Source of the DNA: an uncultured Spirochaetota bacterium
Lineage (GTDB): Bacteria > Spirochaetota > Spirochaetia > SZUA-6 > Fen-1364
DNA: 64,000 nt
Direction of reading: 5' to 3'
Assembly: GCA_963745235.1 (NCBI GenBank)
Contig: CAVUXE010000035.1
Location: 278,752 to 342,751, forward strand
In this document: positions 60,952 to 64,000 of the stretch, piece after piece
Layout: each line of letters starts with the position of its first letter
Position numbering within the stretch: position 1 is the first letter of the stretch
Position numbers and translations under genes: made by a program
Notes under the pieces: model-generated
The model's database searches: none
What the model was told of the DNA's origin: nothing
What the model saw: the letters and a program-made list of their open reading frames with translations, nothing else

Positions 60952-63899
60952 ATGCTCGTCGGCCGTCAATCAGAGCTGACGTTCATATCTCGCCTTCTGG
61001 ATGAAGCAAAGTCTGGAAACGGAACCTTCCTGGGACTCAGCGGCGAGCCGGGGATCGGGAAGACGAGGCTCGCCGAGGCGGGGGCTGCCGTGGCCCAGTC
61101 GAAAGGGTTCATAACTTTCTGGGGACAGTGCCATGACGGGCAGTACATCCCGCCCTACTGGCCCTGGAAAGAACCCCTCAGAGGACTTCTGAAAATGCTT
61201 CCCCGGCCGCGAGGGGAGATCAGGCAAAATGGAATACCGGAAGGACTGGCCAGCATCTTTTTCGAAGCCTTCCGGAACCCCGACTCTCAGCAGGCAATGC
61301 CCATGCCTGTGTCTGACCAGGCCAGGCTCCTGATACTGGAATCCGCAACGGCTCTCATACGCAGGATTTCCGAGCGCAGGCCCCTGCTGTTGATCATGGA
61401 TAACATTCATTGCGCTGACGTTCCGTCGCTCCAGCTGCTCGAAGTCGTGGCGTCGGAAATGCGCGCGCAGAACCTCATGATTATCGGCACGTACCGCGAA
61501 CCCGCGGCGGATTCAAGGGCTGAGTTCCGGCCCGCAATTGGCGCTCTGGCAAGCAAGGCTTTCTTTCACGGCATCTGTCTCTCCGGCTGGGACCAGGCGG
61601 CCATCTCCGAGTACCTGAAGATCCGCGGTATTGCCGCACCGCCGGCAAGAGCTCCTTCGCGCGGTTTTGAACCGAACGGAGGGAAATCCTCTTTTTGTCG
61701 GTGAAGTCACGAACCTGCTGAAGCACGAAGGGTTCCTGGACATCGGAGCTCCTGAGGGCCCAGGTGCCTGGGAGAAATACATCCCCCAGAAGATCCGCCT
61801 GGCAATCCTTGGCCAGTTCCAGAGGCTCTCAACGCCGTGCCAGGATGTCATGTCCCTTGCCGCTCTCGCTGGACGAGAGTTCGAGTCTGCAATTCTTCGC
61901 CAAGCCACAAAGATGACACGAGCGGCCCTCGAGCGGGGTCTTGAGGAGGCAATTGCCCACGGCATAGTCATCGCAGATGCAGAAAAGCCCGGTCTTTACA
62001 AGTTCACGCACGCTCTGGTCCAGGACGTCTTCGTTGAGCAAATAACGGTCCACCGGAGACCAGCGCTTCATCTGGAGATAGGAAGGGTGCTGGAACGGCA
62101 TTACGCCCGTGATCTCGAAACTCACGCGGGAGAGCTGGCTCGTCACTTTGACCGCGCTGGACCGGAAGGCATGAAGCGCGCGGCTCACTACTATAGCCTG
62201 GCGGGCGAGCGCGCCTTGAAGATGCACGGTTTCGAGGATGCCCTTGAGCAGCTCGGTTGCGCTCTCCACCTGTCTGAGGGCACAGGGAGCGCGCAGGACA
62301 TCGCCCGGTTGCTTTTCGGTCTGGCTCAATGCCAGCATGGCGTGGGCAGGTATAAAGAGGCTGTTGAGACTTATACACGGGCTTTCGACCTGTTCGAGCA
62401 GAGCGGAGACAGGGACAACGCGGTCCGTATGCTGGAGCAGCCCCTGATCCTGGCAGAAAAGGGCGCAGACGCAACAGGGCTTCTCGAGAGAGCGATTGCC
62501 CTGGCGGGTCCCGGATCGTTGCGCGCTGAGGCCCTTGGCGGGAAATACGGTCTCGCCGTCTACCACGCTACAGGTGACTATCAGAAAGCCGCCTCGCTGT
62601 TCGACCGTGCGCTGCGCGCCGCAAGGCAGTCCAGGGACCGCCCCCAGGAATTGTCAGCGCTGATGAACCGCGGACGCGTGGAATGCGATGAGCTGCACTT
62701 CGAAGAAGCGCACAGGCTGGAAAAGGAGTCCACCCGGCTTGCGCAGGAATACGAAGACGTCTGGATCGAGCTGGTGTCGCTGGGAAGCGATATTCAATCA
62801 TTGCTGGGCCTCGGACGGTTGGCCGAAGCTGAGAAGCTGACTGATTCTGTCAGGGCCTTGGGAGAGCGCCGTGGCGTGCACATCCGCAAACTGGCTACTG
62901 TAAACTTGGGCTTCCGCTTTGCCGTGCAGCGCCAAAAGGGAGCGCTTGCGGCCGCTCGCGAGATAAACGAGAAGGCGCTCGCTGCTGGACCCGTTCCTTA
63001 CGCCATCTGGAGCCTCGCGGACAGGGCTCTCCTGGAGTTTGAGCAAGGCGATGCGGCCCACGGTGCTCAGTTCCTCCGTAAAGTGGAAGAACAGGCTCAT
63101 ATGGCCGACGCCTACATCGTTTTCCACTGGGAGGGTTGGCTCATCGTTCTGATTTCCCTGATCGCCTGGTTCACTGGCGAAGCCGTACGTTTTGAAGGCG
63201 CAGAAAGCGCCGCACGAGATCTCCTTTCGAGGGGCGGCCTTCGTAAGGGAGACCTTGTGCATCTCCACGCCGGACTTGGGCTTATTACGGTCATACGGGG
63301 GGATGGCGAAGCTGCCGGAAAGCACTACACGGAGCTACTCCCGTTCCGCGGACTGGTCGTCTGCCCGTACCAGGGCTTTGTGGCAGATCATCTCCTGGCT
63401 TTGCTGGCGGGCACGATGGGAGATCACACGCGAGCACGTGACCATTTCAACGCGGCCCTAACTTTCTGCCGAAATCAGGGATTGACGCTCGAGCTGGCAT
63501 ACACATGCTGGGACTATGCGCAGTTTCTTGTCGAGAGCACAGAGAGTCGTGATCCTGCGCTTGCCGCGAGTCTTTGCCATGAGGCGGCTCTGATCGCGAG
63601 GCACTGCGGTCTTCCCCTGGCTCATCGAGAGACTGGCGAGATTACAGAGCCAGCTCCAACGCAAGCCCGTGCGGCCGGCGCATCGAGATTCGTTGAGCGA
63701 AAGAGAAGTGGAAGTTCTGCGGCTGCTCGCGGAAGGGCTGAGCAACGCTCTGATAGGCGAGAGGCTGTTCATCAGCTTGCACACCGTGGCAAACCACGTG
63801 CAAAAAATCCTGGAAAAGACCGGGGCGGTGAATCGAACGGAAGCCGCGATGTATGCCGTTCGTCACAATCTCACCGGGACAGGAACCCCTCCCGAATAG
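60952..63899 (+). CDS. STAND AAA ATPase + TPR + LuxR HTH regulator; frameshifts near 61645 and 63615, start uncertain
   Basis: LVGRQSEL, GEPGIGKTRL, IMDNIHCAD, TEGNPLFV, YKFTHALV, LSEREVEVLRLLAEGLSN..IGERLFISLHTV. Confidence 0.88.
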
Positions 63900-64000
63900 T
63901 GCGCGCGCAAAAAGCGGCGCACGGTCCACGGCACACGAACGCTTGGCCAGCCTGCGGACACGATTCCAGAATCCGTGGTACCCTCGGACGCGCGCGATGT

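Overview
GC-rich bacterial chromosome segment, probably from an anaerobic free-living spirochaete (inferred from the DUF3996-like OMP, lipoproteins, two MCPs and iorAB). Core and accessory genes: hsp20, ftsH, two LacI-controlled sugar ABC clusters, an RND pump, two chemoreceptors, an amidohydrolase, two ATP-grasp ligases, iorAB, carAB, gpsA, dnaE2, asd and a STAND-LuxR regulator. About 15 single-base frameshifts, many in homopolymers and some in carB and asd, are most likely long-read sequencing errors. The main find is a 6,450-bp element integrated in tRNA-Val(TAC) and bounded by 42-bp att repeats (51080-51121 / 57530-57571). It carries an integrase, a Y-shaped terminator-like leader RNA, a Xis-like HTH, a Rep with internal iterons, a ClpX-type zinc-finger miniprotein, several orphan proteins sharing short motifs, and a ~380-nt non-coding tract that folds almost entirely into hairpins, four of them capped by CGUUG. 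It looks like a minimal phage satellite carrying an unrecognised large structured RNA. Also seen: a Moco/Tuco-type riboswitch upstream of an unknown beta-barrel protein, a sigma54 promoter with a candidate enhancer, an SOS-box-like palindrome at dnaE2 and a stand-alone MshEN-like microprotein. All family calls come from reading motifs by eye; no searches were run.
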